NCBI GenBank assembly: GCA_044869275.1
Contig: JBIOXB010000081.1
Location: forward strand, 1 to 14,444
From: a bacterium
GTDB taxonomy: Bacteria > Zhuqueibacterota > Zhuqueibacteria > Zhuqueibacterales > Zhuqueibacteraceae
Length of the DNA stretch: 14,444 nt
Direction of reading: 5' to 3'
Numbering within the stretch: the first letter of the stretch is position 1; every line of letters begins with the position of its first letter. Position numbers and translations under genes: made by a program. Below the pieces are notes generated by a model. The model had not been told where the DNA came from. It saw only the letters and a list, made by a program, of their open reading frames with translations, and did no database searches. This document shows, piece after piece, positions 1 through 7,713 of this stretch.

Positions 1-563
1 ATGATCGAGTGGAGCCCCATGCCGCCGGCGCCTGGCATCCACTGCGAACCGTGGCACGTGCGCAGGCTCGCCAGCTCATGCCAACTCGTGCCGCCGTCGT
101 CGGAGCGGAACAGGGCCGCGTCCTCGACCCCGGCGTAAACGGTGTTGGGATCGGTCAGCGACGGCTCCATGTGCCAAACGCGCTTGAACTCCCACGGATG
201 CTGCGTGCCATCGTACCACTGGTGCGTGGTGAGAGGTTTGCCGCCTGCGCCGGAACTGTCATAGACGAACTTGTTGCTTTCACCCATGGGCATTCCATCT
301 GGAGTCGTGGTCGGCTCGCCGGGCTTGGTCCCGGGCTGCTCCCAAGTCTTGCCGCCGTCGTTGGAGCGCTGGATCACTTGCCCGAACCAGCCACTGGTCT
401 GCGACGCATAGATTCGATTCGGATCAACCGGCGAGCCTTTCAGGTGATAAATCTCCCAGCCCGCGAAGTGGGGACCACTGACCTCCCACTTCTCGCGTTT
501 GCCATCCGCGGTTAGCACGAACGCGCCTTTCTTCGTTCCGACTAAAACTCTGACTCCACTCAT
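1..563 (-). CDS. BNR/Asp-box repeat beta-propeller protein (exo-alpha-sialidase / WD40-YVTN-like family), 3' end outside window
   Basis: Not in the ORF track because it runs off the edge. Hand translation from the ATG at 563, preceded by [83 protein letters not shown]...[16 protein letters not shown]...[10 protein letters not shown]. It has two Asp-box motifs (SxDxGxTW/SW) and the frame is open to the window edge. Confidence 0.88.
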   Translation of the reverse strand, partial: MSGVRVLVGTKKGAFVLTADGKREKWEVSGPHFAGWEIYHLKGSPVDPNRIYASQTSGWFGQVIQRSNDGGKTWEQPGTKPGEPTTTPDGMPMGESNKFVYDSSGAGGKPLTTHQWYDGTQHPWEFKRVWHMEPSLTDPNTVYAGVEDAALFRSDDGGTSWHELASLRTCHGSQWMPGAGGMGLHSI

Positions 564-657
564 CTCTTTCTCCTTTCACAAGTTTCTTGAGACACTCTCC
601 CAGAGCGTCTCGCTCATTTGTGGTATTTCCCATTAAAATGTCATTTTCGTTCAAAAT

Positions 658-1206
658 CTAATTTGGCTTGCTCGCTTTCAAAACCTTGTTTATGGTGTTC
701 CAATTTCGGGTCGTAACCCTCCCGCCAAATTTTTTCTCGAGAATGCTCATGAGATCAACCGTGCGGCTGTTGGGCGAGAGCGTCAAGACGCTGCACAGTT
801 CGCTTTCGGTCGCGCGTATGATTTTGAAATTTTTGTCGGGGGATTCGTACGGGATTTTTAGGCCACTCTTGGGTTTTTCCGCAAGAAAAGTTACATACAG
901 CCGTGTTTGCGGAGTAACTTTTACTCCCGCGAACGGACTGGTCTCGGCCAGGCGCTGCAGTTCTTCAATCCTCCGAACGCACACCCCGATTTCGAATCCA
1001 AAGGCCGTTGCCAATGTTTTCTCGATCTTTTTGACAAGCGCGCTTTCGCTCGCGGCAGGAGAGTCAAAAAGCACATTGCCGCTCGCCAGCAGCGTTTCGA
1101 CCTGCTCAAATCCCAGAGACTCAAATGCTCTTTTCAACTCCTCCATTTTGACGGTTTTGTGCCCGCCCACGTTGATTCCACGCAGAAAAGCGACATATCT
1201 AATCAT
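658..1206 (-). CDS. DUF1697 domain-containing protein
   Basis: Signature N-terminus YVAFLRGINVGGHK..M.ELK, internal LASGNVLF and C-terminal TTRNWNT. The start overlaps the upstream stop by 8 nt, suggesting translational coupling. Confidence 0.9.
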   Translation of the reverse strand: MIRYVAFLRGINVGGHKTVKMEELKRAFESLGFEQVETLLASGNVLFDSPAASESALVKKIEKTLATAFGFEIGVCVRRIEELQRLAETSPFAGVKVTPQTRLYVTFLAEKPKSGLKIPYESPDKNFKIIRATESELCSVLTLSPNSRTVDLMSILEKKFGGRVTTRNWNTINKVLKASKPN

Positions 1207-1777
1207 GGAACTTCTCGCCTCTTTTTAACCTCTCAAGAATTGCCTTCATACGCTTGGCTCTCGTTTCAGGCCTTTTTGCGGTTTGAAGCCGCCACGCGAT
1301 GGAATAGAGGTTTGCTTTGTTGAGTGTCTCAAAAAATGCTCTCACTTTCTTGCTTTTAGAAAGTTCTTTGAGGAAGTCATCAGGAACCTGCATGGTGCTC
1401 GGGGCATCATACGCTCTTTCCCATCGGCCGTCCGCCTTTGCCGCTTCTACTTCTTTGACGCCGGCCGGTTTCATTTTGCCGGCCTCAGCAAGGCGGTTGA
1501 CGTGTTCTATGTTTCTCTTTGACCAGACGCTTTTAGGCCGGCGCGCTGTAAATTTGCGCAGCCACGATTTTTCATCGTACTTCTCGAGTTGGCCGTCTAT
1601 CCAGCCGTAGCACAATGCTTCATCCAAAGCTTCGGCATAGGTCACTGTGGCAACCCCCGAATCCTTTTTGAACAGCCGCAGCCAAATGCCATTTGATTTC
1701 GCATGGTTTTTGGCCAGCCAGCTCGCCCAATCTTTGGGGGATTTGAATGAGATGATTGGCAAGTCAGTTTTGCGCAT
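1199..1777 (-). CDS. YdeI/OmpD-associated (bacteriocin-protection) family protein
   Basis: Motifs W..WL..NH....GIWL...KK, TYAEALDEALCYGWIDG, FT.RRPKS.WSKRN and AKRPETR.KR. Start moved to MRKTDLP (1777) because the ORF-track extension overlaps a pseudogene remnant. Confidence 0.9.
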   Translation of the reverse strand: MRKTDLPIISFKSPKDWASWLAKNHAKSNGIWLRLFKKDSGVATVTYAEALDEALCYGWIDGQLEKYDEKSWLRKFTARRPKSVWSKRNIEHVNRLAEAGKMKPAGVKEVEAAKADGRWERAYDAPSTMQVPDDFLKELSKSKKVRAFFETLNKANLYSIAWRLQTAKRPETRAKRMKAILERLKRGEKFHD

Positions 1778-1805
1778 AAATTTTTTTTCTGAGTTTTTGG
1801 CGCTG

Positions 1806-2008
1806 TCACGCGCGCGCCGCAGCTTTTGTGACCTTGCCTCTGGTCGCCAGCTTCTTGGTTGCAAACATGATCAGGAACCCAACGAGCCAAGGCACAAGAG
1901 ACCCGATGGTCGTTCCTATGAAAAGATGCGCTCCCACATGAAGCCAGGTCTTAGAAACGGCTTGGCAAATGCAACATATTCAGAGAGACGCTTGCCAAAG
2001 AAATTCAT
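1806..2008 (-). pseudogene. Internally deleted, frameshifted membrane-protein gene
   Basis: RBS GGAGAA plus ATG at 2008 gives MNFFGKRLSEYVAFAKPFL. At about 1952 a different frame gives a hydrophobic C-terminus KTWLHVGAHLFIGTTIGSLVPWLVGFLIMFATKKLATRGKVTKAAARA* (TGA at 1806-1808). The span is 203 nt, not a multiple of 3. Confidence 0.6.
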
Positions 2009-2017
2009 GAGGTTCTC

Positions 2018-2518
2018 CTATTGGCTGGATTGACCGTTTACACCATACGGCTTTACGAGAGCGTCGGGAAAACGATCCAGTACGAGATTCAAGATAATGT
2101 TGTGCTCGAGCAGAGCCTTTAGCCCGGCGAGCACCAGCGTAAATCCTTCGGTTGATTCGACCACTTGTTTAATGATCTCGTCCCGGTCTCCGCTAAAACC
2201 GGTGTTCGTGATACTGACGAAAGTTGTGTTATCGGCGCGAGGCGTAAAAGCCCACTCCACCGTCGCACGCGTGTCATAAGCCGGCCATTCTATGAGTATC
2301 CGCTTATTTTCTTCAATCGCCTTCACACTAACTTGCATAGAATGACCGTACATGTCCCAATTCCACTGGATTTGTTTACCCGTTTCCAGCCTTCCGCTGC
2401 CTTTGGTGAACCAAAACTTGGAGGTGATGGCAGGATTCACAAAAGCTTCAAAAACTTCTGCGACTGGTTTGCGAATCAGCATTTCTGCCTTTGCGAATGG
2501 TTTGTTTTGGACGGGCAT
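2018..2518 (-). CDS. SRPBCC (START/Aha1-like) family protein
   Basis: MLIRKPVAEVFEAFVNPAITSKFWFTKGSGRLE...STEGFTLVLAGLKALLEH; RBS AAGGAGAG upstream. Confidence 0.9.
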   Translation of the reverse strand: MPVQNKPFAKAEMLIRKPVAEVFEAFVNPAITSKFWFTKGSGRLETGKQIQWNWDMYGHSMQVSVKAIEENKRILIEWPAYDTRATVEWAFTPRADNTTFVSITNTGFSGDRDEIIKQVVESTEGFTLVLAGLKALLEHNIILNLVLDRFPDALVKPYGVNGQSSQ

Positions 2519-2723
2519 AAATCTCTCCTTAGGAATGCAGTTGCCGCCGGGGCCTTTCGCCGAGAAAGGGAATCGCTAATCTGAATATTTGACACCTAGT
2601 TATGGCGCGATGACTCGCTTCGCTCCCTCTTTCCCGGTCAATGTCAAGCTGGTGCCGCTTCGTTTGGCTAGGACATGTATCCGCAGAAACAACCCCAACT
2701 TTGGTGCCGATCTTAGAGAGCCT

Positions 2724-3224
2724 TCAAAATCCTTTATCATCCGCGGAAGGGCCATAAATTGAGGGCACAGGTATGTCGTTCAGGCGCATGTAGACGGTTA
2801 ATTGCCCGCGATGATGCACCAGGTGGTTTATGGATGCTCCAACATTTTCCCTTATTGGCGAGCTGAACAGGACCTGTCCCTGGTTTTTGAGGGAGAACAT
2901 TTTGGCAAGCGCCTCATTTGAAACATTTTGTAGAGCGTGTTTTGCTCCTTTAAGGTTTTCATCAAAATGTTTTACCAATTCGGCGGTGGTTTTGGGTTGA
3001 AAATGTTTAAAGCTTGCAAAATCGATGTCGCCCTGCTCTATCATGTGCGTTATCCATTTTGGAATTTCCGCGACCAGCAACGCAAGATAACCCATCGCCA
3101 TGGATTTCTCATGCGGCTTCCAGCCAAACAAAGTTTCGGGAATTTTTTCCAAGCATTTGCGCGTGGAAGCCGCTTCGGCTTCCAGTTCTTGCAAAAACGC
3201 TGCACCCAATGTGGTTTCCTTCAT
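2724..3224 (-). CDS. DinB family protein (DinB/YfiT-like putative metalloenzyme)
   Basis: WKPHEKSM, NHLVHHRGQLTVYMRLNDIPVPSIYGPSAD. GGAG lies 7 nt before the ATG at 3224 (alternative ATG at 3230). Confidence 0.9.
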   Translation of the reverse strand: MKETTLGAAFLQELEAEAASTRKCLEKIPETLFGWKPHEKSMAMGYLALLVAEIPKWITHMIEQGDIDFASFKHFQPKTTAELVKHFDENLKGAKHALQNVSNEALAKMFSLKNQGQVLFSSPIRENVGASINHLVHHRGQLTVYMRLNDIPVPSIYGPSADDKGF

Positions 3225-3352
3225 GGTCATGCTCCGGTTGATGGTGATGAACTCGCGTTGACGCCAATTGAGCGCGCATGATTTAGTCGCGCGCTTACAG
3301 GGCGAAACGCAACCTCTCCGCGGCAAAACAAGAAGCTTTCTGAACAGAAATT

Positions 3353-3408
3353 ACGCCGATCATGCGGATTTTAGCTGATTTTTTTGTCTGCGACAATCCG
3401 CTTAATCC
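3353..3408. repeat. Imperfect intergenic palindrome made of GC(G/C/T)GAT-type units (REP-like)
   Basis: Left arm CGATCATGCGGATTTTAGCTGA versus reverse complement of the right arm GGATTAAGCGGATTGTCGCAGA: 16/22 identical. Confidence 0.5.
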
Positions 3409-3442
3409 ATCTCATCCTCATTCAATGAAATGATAAGAAAAC

Positions 3443-3853
3443 TTAATCCAACACGCAGGGCAGTTCTCCGCCGAGAGCGCTTCGGTCTTTATACGCGATA
3501 GCGTATTCGTCGTAAATGGACAAAAGCAGGGCTGCCGGCACTTTGGCCTTGATGGTTTTGGTATTGGGAGAGAACCAGTAGGTGTTGCCGTCAATAATTG
3601 CATAAGCCAATTGCGGCGCGGCCAAATCAAGGCCGCGCTGCCCCTCCCGTGAAGTTAGTCCTGACCACCATACAAAATCCTTCAATTGCGCCGGCCCGTG
3701 ACTGGCAAAGTATCTGAGTGTCCACTTGGCAGCTGCGAAGTCCTGTGACTGTACCGCGCCCAGCCAGGCCACTGTTTCGTCGGGCGTTTTGCATTTCTCT
3801 TCGCCGAGCAATTGATTTAATAATCTGGCTGGCGCGATATCCAATGATCTCAT
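3443..3853 (-). pseudogene. AlkZ/YcaQ-like (HTH_42, winged-helix) DNA glycosylase, internally deleted 136-aa remnant ORF
   Basis: The N-terminal block RLLNQ...WLGAVQSQDFAAAKW (QxQ motif) is joined directly to the late block RYFASHGPAQLKDFVWWSGL...LLSIYDEYAIAYKDRS, then to terminal LPCVLD. Family members are roughly 350-400 aa, and the central RTHxxRxTWH region is absent. Confidence 0.8.
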
Positions 3854-3888
3854 GATTTCCGCAAAAAAGCAAAGGCTTTCGCCCCAAC

Positions 3889-3988
3889 ACGCGAAGGCGC
3901 AAAGATTTCGCAAAGAAAGCCTGCAACAAGTTAGGGCCGTTATGGCATAGTCCATGGATGATTTTGCGTGTTCTTTGCGTCTCTGCGC
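3889..3988. repeat. Intergenic inverted repeat built from CGCAAAG units (REP-like hairpin)
   Basis: ACGCGAAGGCGCAAAGATTTCGCAAAG (3889-3915) versus TTTTGCGTGTTCTTTGCGTCTCTGCGC (3962-3988): 19/27 complementary, with additional G-U-compatible positions. Confidence 0.6.
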
Positions 3989-4022
3989 TTTTTTTGTACG
4001 GCAACTTCGGCAAATGTGCCGT

Positions 4023-4100
4023 CTATTCCACCTTCGTCGCTATCCACCACGTCGTGCCGCCCGCATCCTTCACGCCGCCGCGCTTGTCTTCGTCTGCTTT
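4023..4100 (-). pseudogene. C-terminal fragment of a VOC (glyoxalase/bleomycin-resistance) family gene
   Basis: Frame reads KADEDKRGGVKDAGGTTWWIATKVE* (TAG at 4023-4025), the typical VOC/PhnB-like terminal motif (R.GGVKD..G..WWIAT). It has no start or N-terminal part and overlaps the 3' end of the CrtO-like gene. Confidence 0.7.
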
Positions 4101-4624
4101 TTCATTAGATGTTGAAGCCGTAGCCGGTTATATTGTTGCAAGAAATTCGGATATAAGTTAAAAAGCAAATTGTTGATGCTTATAATTGCCGCCCACCAAC
4201 CATGGCCTTGGGTTAAAGCATAAATGCTCGTCAACAGGAAAAACAAAAACATGCAGAAGTGGATTTTCTCTATGGCGTATGCTTTGTTTAAATGTTTCCG
4301 AAGCGGTTGGGTCTTGTCAAAGATCTTGTACTGCGGATATTTTCTCCGGATCAGCCGGTTGATAAAATCGCCATCCTGGGTATATTTTTTGACCATTCGA
4401 ATTCCTATTTTTTTATACAGCGAGCTGGTTTGGCTTAATTGAATCCTGTCAAAAAAAGAATTGGGAAGAAAACCGGACGCCAAGCTTATGGCCAAGAGAA
4501 TATAAAGCCACTTCAAATCAATTGCCATATACCAAAAACAGCCTATGGGTGTAAAATTCAAGATAGACCAAAATAGGTTAGGTATCTGGTTATAGATGGC
4601 AATGTCTAAAGCAACTTTTCCCAT
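4070..4624 (-). CDS. Membrane protein resembling glycosyl-4,4'-diaponeurosporenoate acyltransferase (CrtO family)
   Basis: Hydrophobic segments, LYKKIGIR..KK, E..H and C-terminal NLYPNFLQQYNRLRL (N.YP..LQ.YNR.R). AGGAAG precedes the ATG at 4624; the ORF track starts at 4654. AT-rich relative to its neighbours. Confidence 0.6.
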   Translation of the reverse strand: MGKVALDIAIYNQIPNLFWSILNFTPIGCFWYMAIDLKWLYILLAISLASGFLPNSFFDRIQLSQTSSLYKKIGIRMVKKYTQDGDFINRLIRRKYPQYKIFDKTQPLRKHLNKAYAIEKIHFCMFLFFLLTSIYALTQGHGWWAAIISINNLLFNLYPNFLQQYNRLRLQHLMKKQTKTSAAA

Positions 4625-4643
4625 AAGACTTCCTGCTTGCGCC

Positions 4644-5060
4644 TCAGCGCTCATCTAAACGCGTGAGCACCGGCTTAATATCGATGACGGGGGTCCCATC
4701 GATGACCTCCATTGGCGCGACCCGCAATCTCTGCCCGGCGACCTCCAGGACCGAAACCCGATGAAGACCTATTGGGTTGGGACGATCCTGGGATCGCGTC
4801 GCAAACACGCCCGTCATCGGCGCCTCCAGCCTGCCGCGTGGGTGCACCTGAAGCACGTCGCGCTGCGCACGGTGAAGCCAGGTCAGAACCATAAGCTCGT
4901 TGCCAACTGTGATGCCGGCTAGTCCCCGCGCTACCGCAGGGGCCAGCTCCAGCCAGACTTCGGGAGCACCTTCATCCCCCTGGAGCGGTGCGGCCTCGAG
5001 ACTGGTGAGCTCGGAGCGAATTACCCCAATGGGTTTAAGTGTATAGCTGGTTTTAATCAT
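4644..5060 (-). CDS. tsaA: tRNA (N6-threonylcarbamoyladenosine(37)-N6)-methyltransferase TrmO/TsaA-like SAM-binding protein (short single-domain form)
   Basis: LKPIGVIRS, APLQG, GVFATRSQDRPNPIGL and DGTPVIDIKP motifs; AGGA RBS before the ATG at 5060. Confidence 0.88.
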   Translation of the reverse strand: MIKTSYTLKPIGVIRSELTSLEAAPLQGDEGAPEVWLELAPAVARGLAGITVGNELMVLTWLHRAQRDVLQVHPRGRLEAPMTGVFATRSQDRPNPIGLHRVSVLEVAGQRLRVAPMEVIDGTPVIDIKPVLTRLDER

Positions 5061-5083
5061 AGCTCGTTCCTGTGCCACTGCCG

Positions 5084-5161
5084 TTCTTCCTTCGACTTTA
5101 GCTGAATCATCGTGTAGCCGGCGATAAGCTCCTTGGTCTCGGCGAAGGGTCCGTGGGTCAC
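5084..5161 (-). pseudogene. Internal fragment of a YciI/DGPF-domain gene
   Basis: 26 codons, VTHGPFAETKELIAGYTMIQLKSKEE, match the DGPFAETKE signature (D replaced by H). No start codon and no native C-terminus. Confidence 0.8.
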
Positions 5162-5979
5162 GCCTCGAACATGCCACTGATTTCCCGATAGCTCACAGCT
5201 TCATCGGCGAAAGTGAACGTGCCGCGCTCTCGCATTTCCCGCGCGGCGCGAAGAAAAGCGCCAAGCGCGGCGCGGGAGAGCGCGCTGCCAACGCTGATCC
5301 GCTTTACGCCGATCTCGGATAGCTCCATAAGGCTCAGTTGTACTCCTTGCAGCCCCATGACCACATTCACGGGACGATCAACAGAGCTGACCAACGCAAC
5401 AATGTCCTGTTTACTTGTAAGTCCGGGCGCATACAGCACATCTGCTCCGGCTTCCTGATACGCCTGAAGCCGCTTGATCGTGTCTTTGAGATCGGGCCGG
5501 CCGACAAGATAGTTTTCCGCGCGCGCTGTCAAGGTGAAGGCAAACGGAAGCGCGCGAACCACTTCAGACGCTGCGCGGATACGCTCGACTGCATGCTCAA
5601 GCTCATAGATTGGATGCTCCGGGCGTTTGGCCATATCCTCGATCGAGCCGCCGGCCAGTCCCGTCCCTGCGGCAAGCCGCAACGTTTCCGCAACCGTTTC
5701 TGGATTATCCCCGAAGCCGTTTTCAAGATCGGCGCTCACCGGCAGATCGGTGGCTGACGTGAGCTCGGCGACATGTCTCATCATCCGGTCGCGGTCAATC
5801 GTGTTGTCCCGCCGTCCGACAGAAAACGCGTAACCGGCGCTGGTGGTTGCCAGCGCCTCAAAACCGAGGTGCGCCAGTAATCGCGCCGTGCCAACATCCC
5901 AGGGATTGGGAATGATAAATGCGCCCTTTCGTTCATGGAGCGCACGAAAGATTTTTCCTTTCTCAACCTGACTCAACAT
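5158..5979 (-). CDS. Isocitrate lyase/phosphoenolpyruvate mutase family protein
   Basis: PNPWDVGTA, ALATTSAG, PVSADLENGFG, GGSIED, TARAE and AGADVLYAPG motifs; GAGGTG RBS. Confidence 0.92.
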   Translation of the reverse strand: MLSQVEKGKIFRALHERKGAFIIPNPWDVGTARLLAHLGFEALATTSAGYAFSVGRRDNTIDRDRMMRHVAELTSATDLPVSADLENGFGDNPETVAETLRLAAGTGLAGGSIEDMAKRPEHPIYELEHAVERIRAASEVVRALPFAFTLTARAENYLVGRPDLKDTIKRLQAYQEAGADVLYAPGLTSKQDIVALVSSVDRPVNVVMGLQGVQLSLMELSEIGVKRISVGSALSRAALGAFLRAAREMRERGTFTFADEAVSYREISGMFEA

Positions 5980-6111
5980 TGAGCACCTCGCATGGGCTGT
6001 CAGCTACAATCCTGTCACCACTTCGCAGTTGGCCTTTGGGGCGCATTGTCATTGTTGATGATGGCCGCAGGGAGTCGAGCCTGGAACAATTCCATTACCG
6101 GATACGGTTTT

Positions 6112-6624
6112 TCATTGTGTGAGAGGCTGAATGCCTGCAATGACAAGCCCATCTTGGCGCAGCTGCGATACTTTTTCGGGATTATTGGTCATCAGCGTAA
6201 TCGATTGCACCATGAGCTCGCGCAGAATTTCGGCGGCGCGTATGTAGCTGCGTGCGTCTGCCGCATAGCCAAGCTTCACATAGGCTTCGGCTTGTGATAG
6301 CCCATCTGCTTTCAGCTTGCGGCTCTGCAAGAGAGCTAAATGACCATTATTTTTTCCTTCTTGATCCAGCCATATGATCACTCCACTTCCTGCCTCTTGA
6401 ATGAGCCTTTGTGCCTTTGCCATTTGCTCGCGACAGTCGCATTCAATGCTATTGAAGAGGTGTGCGGATATGCAGTGAGAATGCACTCGACATAGGACAT
6501 TTTCTTTGTGGGCAATATCGCCCATGACCAGAGCAATGATTTCTTTTTGTCCGTCGTAATAAAGTATTTGGTTGAAACTGCCAAATCGGGTTTGCAGGGT
6601 ACCTTCGGCTAAGCGGATAATCAT
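6112..6624 (-). CDS. GTP cyclohydrolase II (RibA)-like protein, divergent and short
   Basis: RVHSHC-x10-CDC zinc motif, QEG, DARSY and LMTNNPEK are retained. The central helix and C-terminal tail are non-canonical. Confidence 0.85.
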   Translation of the reverse strand: MIIRLAEGTLQTRFGSFNQILYYDGQKEIIALVMGDIAHKENVLCRVHSHCISAHLFNSIECDCREQMAKAQRLIQEAGSGVIIWLDQEGKNNGHLALLQSRKLKADGLSQAEAYVKLGYAADARSYIRAAEILRELMVQSITLMTNNPEKVSQLRQDGLVIAGIQPLTQ

Positions 6625-6634
6625 GGGGTTATCC

Positions 6635-7486
6635 TTAGTGATCGAGTCTTGGTTCCGGGCTGGTCAATCCCTGGGCCTCCAACCAATGATAGAACGCATC
6701 AATCCAGTGGTCGCTGCTCGTGCCTTGCTTTCGCATGCCGAAGCCATGTCCGCCGGCGCTGAAAATGTGGACTTCTGGTTTGTGGCCCGCTGAGTTTAGC
6801 GCCTCGTGAAATCTGACGACGGGATCGAGCGCTACGTTGTCGTCCTGCGCCCACGCCAGAAACATGGGCGGCAGATTCGCGGGGATGGCCGGCATCGCGC
6901 CGAACGGACCACCATAGATCAGGGCAGCGAAGTTCGGGCGCGCTGCTGCCGCCTCCTGAAGCAGGGTTCCGCTGGTGACCATCGCCCCGGCCGAGAAACC
7001 CAGGAATCCGACCTTGTCGGGCGAGAGGCCCCACTCCGCTGCGTGCTGTCGCACCACTTTTATGGCCTGAATTCCGTCAGCGATCCCATACCGACCAGCA
7101 ATGTCCATGTTCATCGCCGGAATGCCTTCCTGAAGTTTTTCCATGGTCCGATATTTGAGCACGAAGGCGGCAATGCCTCTTTCCTGCAGCCAGCGCGCGG
7201 CATCGTAGCCTTCCAAATCAACGGCCAGCGCGACAAAGGCACCGCCTGGAGCGACGATGACGCCAGTTCTCGTGGCCCGGGTTCGCTCCGGAAGGTACGC
7301 CGTCAATGTCGGCGTTACGATGTTGAAGACCACGGTTCCTAGTGGAGTGTTCTCCACCGTACTTTCCTTCTGGGTCCAAGCCTCGGAACCCGGAGCGACG
7401 CCGGGCCAAATGTTCACGATTTGGGCGAGGCCGGAGCAGAAGGTGAAGACGATTCCGGCCGCGCTGAGCAACATCGTTCGCCGCAT
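6635..7486 (-). CDS. Secreted alpha/beta hydrolase (esterase/acetyl-esterase-like)
   Basis: Signal-peptide-like N-terminus, PGGAF oxyanion motif, GFSAG nucleophile elbow, QDD and GGHGFG (Ser-Asp-His triad); AGGAGGT RBS. Confidence 0.9.
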   Translation of the reverse strand: MRRTMLLSAAGIVFTFCSGLAQIVNIWPGVAPGSEAWTQKESTVENTPLGTVVFNIVTPTLTAYLPERTRATRTGVIVAPGGAFVALAVDLEGYDAARWLQERGIAAFVLKYRTMEKLQEGIPAMNMDIAGRYGIADGIQAIKVVRQHAAEWGLSPDKVGFLGFSAGAMVTSGTLLQEAAAARPNFAALIYGGPFGAMPAIPANLPPMFLAWAQDDNVALDPVVRFHEALNSAGHKPEVHIFSAGGHGFGMRKQGTSSDHWIDAFYHWLEAQGLTSPEPRLDH

Positions 7487-7713
7487 ATCACCTCCTGAGC
7501 TATCTGGACGGCGGAGCTGTGATCATCTCTGCCAACGCCTGGCCAGCTTTATGGTCATTGGAGCGAGGTACTGAGTTTGCGCTGCCTAACAGGTCATTAA
7601 GTGGCATTCAGTTCCTCCTATACCAAATCGTCAATGCACTCTATCTGCAGCGCATCGAACCTTGCCTAAATCTCTTTTGCACCAGTTCGCGCCGTTTGAA
7701 AATTCCTATCGTC

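Noticed and set aside
9..515. 168-aa plus-strand ORF, and the many other plus-strand ORFs opposite real genes
   Set aside because: These are antisense shadows of minus-strand genes with recognisable family motifs; the products have no family features.
2598..2720. Possible gene remnant on the minus strand (...LFLRIHVLAKRSGTSLTLTGKEGAKRVIAP*) and nearby TTGACA hexamers
   Set aside because: No recognisable family motif, and the TTGACA boxes lack a properly spaced -10 element.
3271..3295. AGCGCGC...GCGCGCT hairpin upstream of dinB as a terminator
   Set aside because: Short low-complexity stem with no convincing U-tract.
4644..5060. TrmO/TsaA lacking the C-terminal domain as another truncation
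   Set aside because: Single-domain TsaA-like proteins of this size are a known natural form, and the domain motifs are complete.
5980..6111. Short open frames in the ICL-GCH II spacer
   Set aside because: No RBS or recognisable motif, so a gene or pseudogene call cannot be supported.
7581..7610. GCCTAAC-AGGTC-ATTAAG resembling one arm of an integron attC site
   Set aside because: No complementary GTTRRRY arm at a suitable distance, no similar sites between other genes and no integron integrase in the window. At best it is a degenerate half-site.
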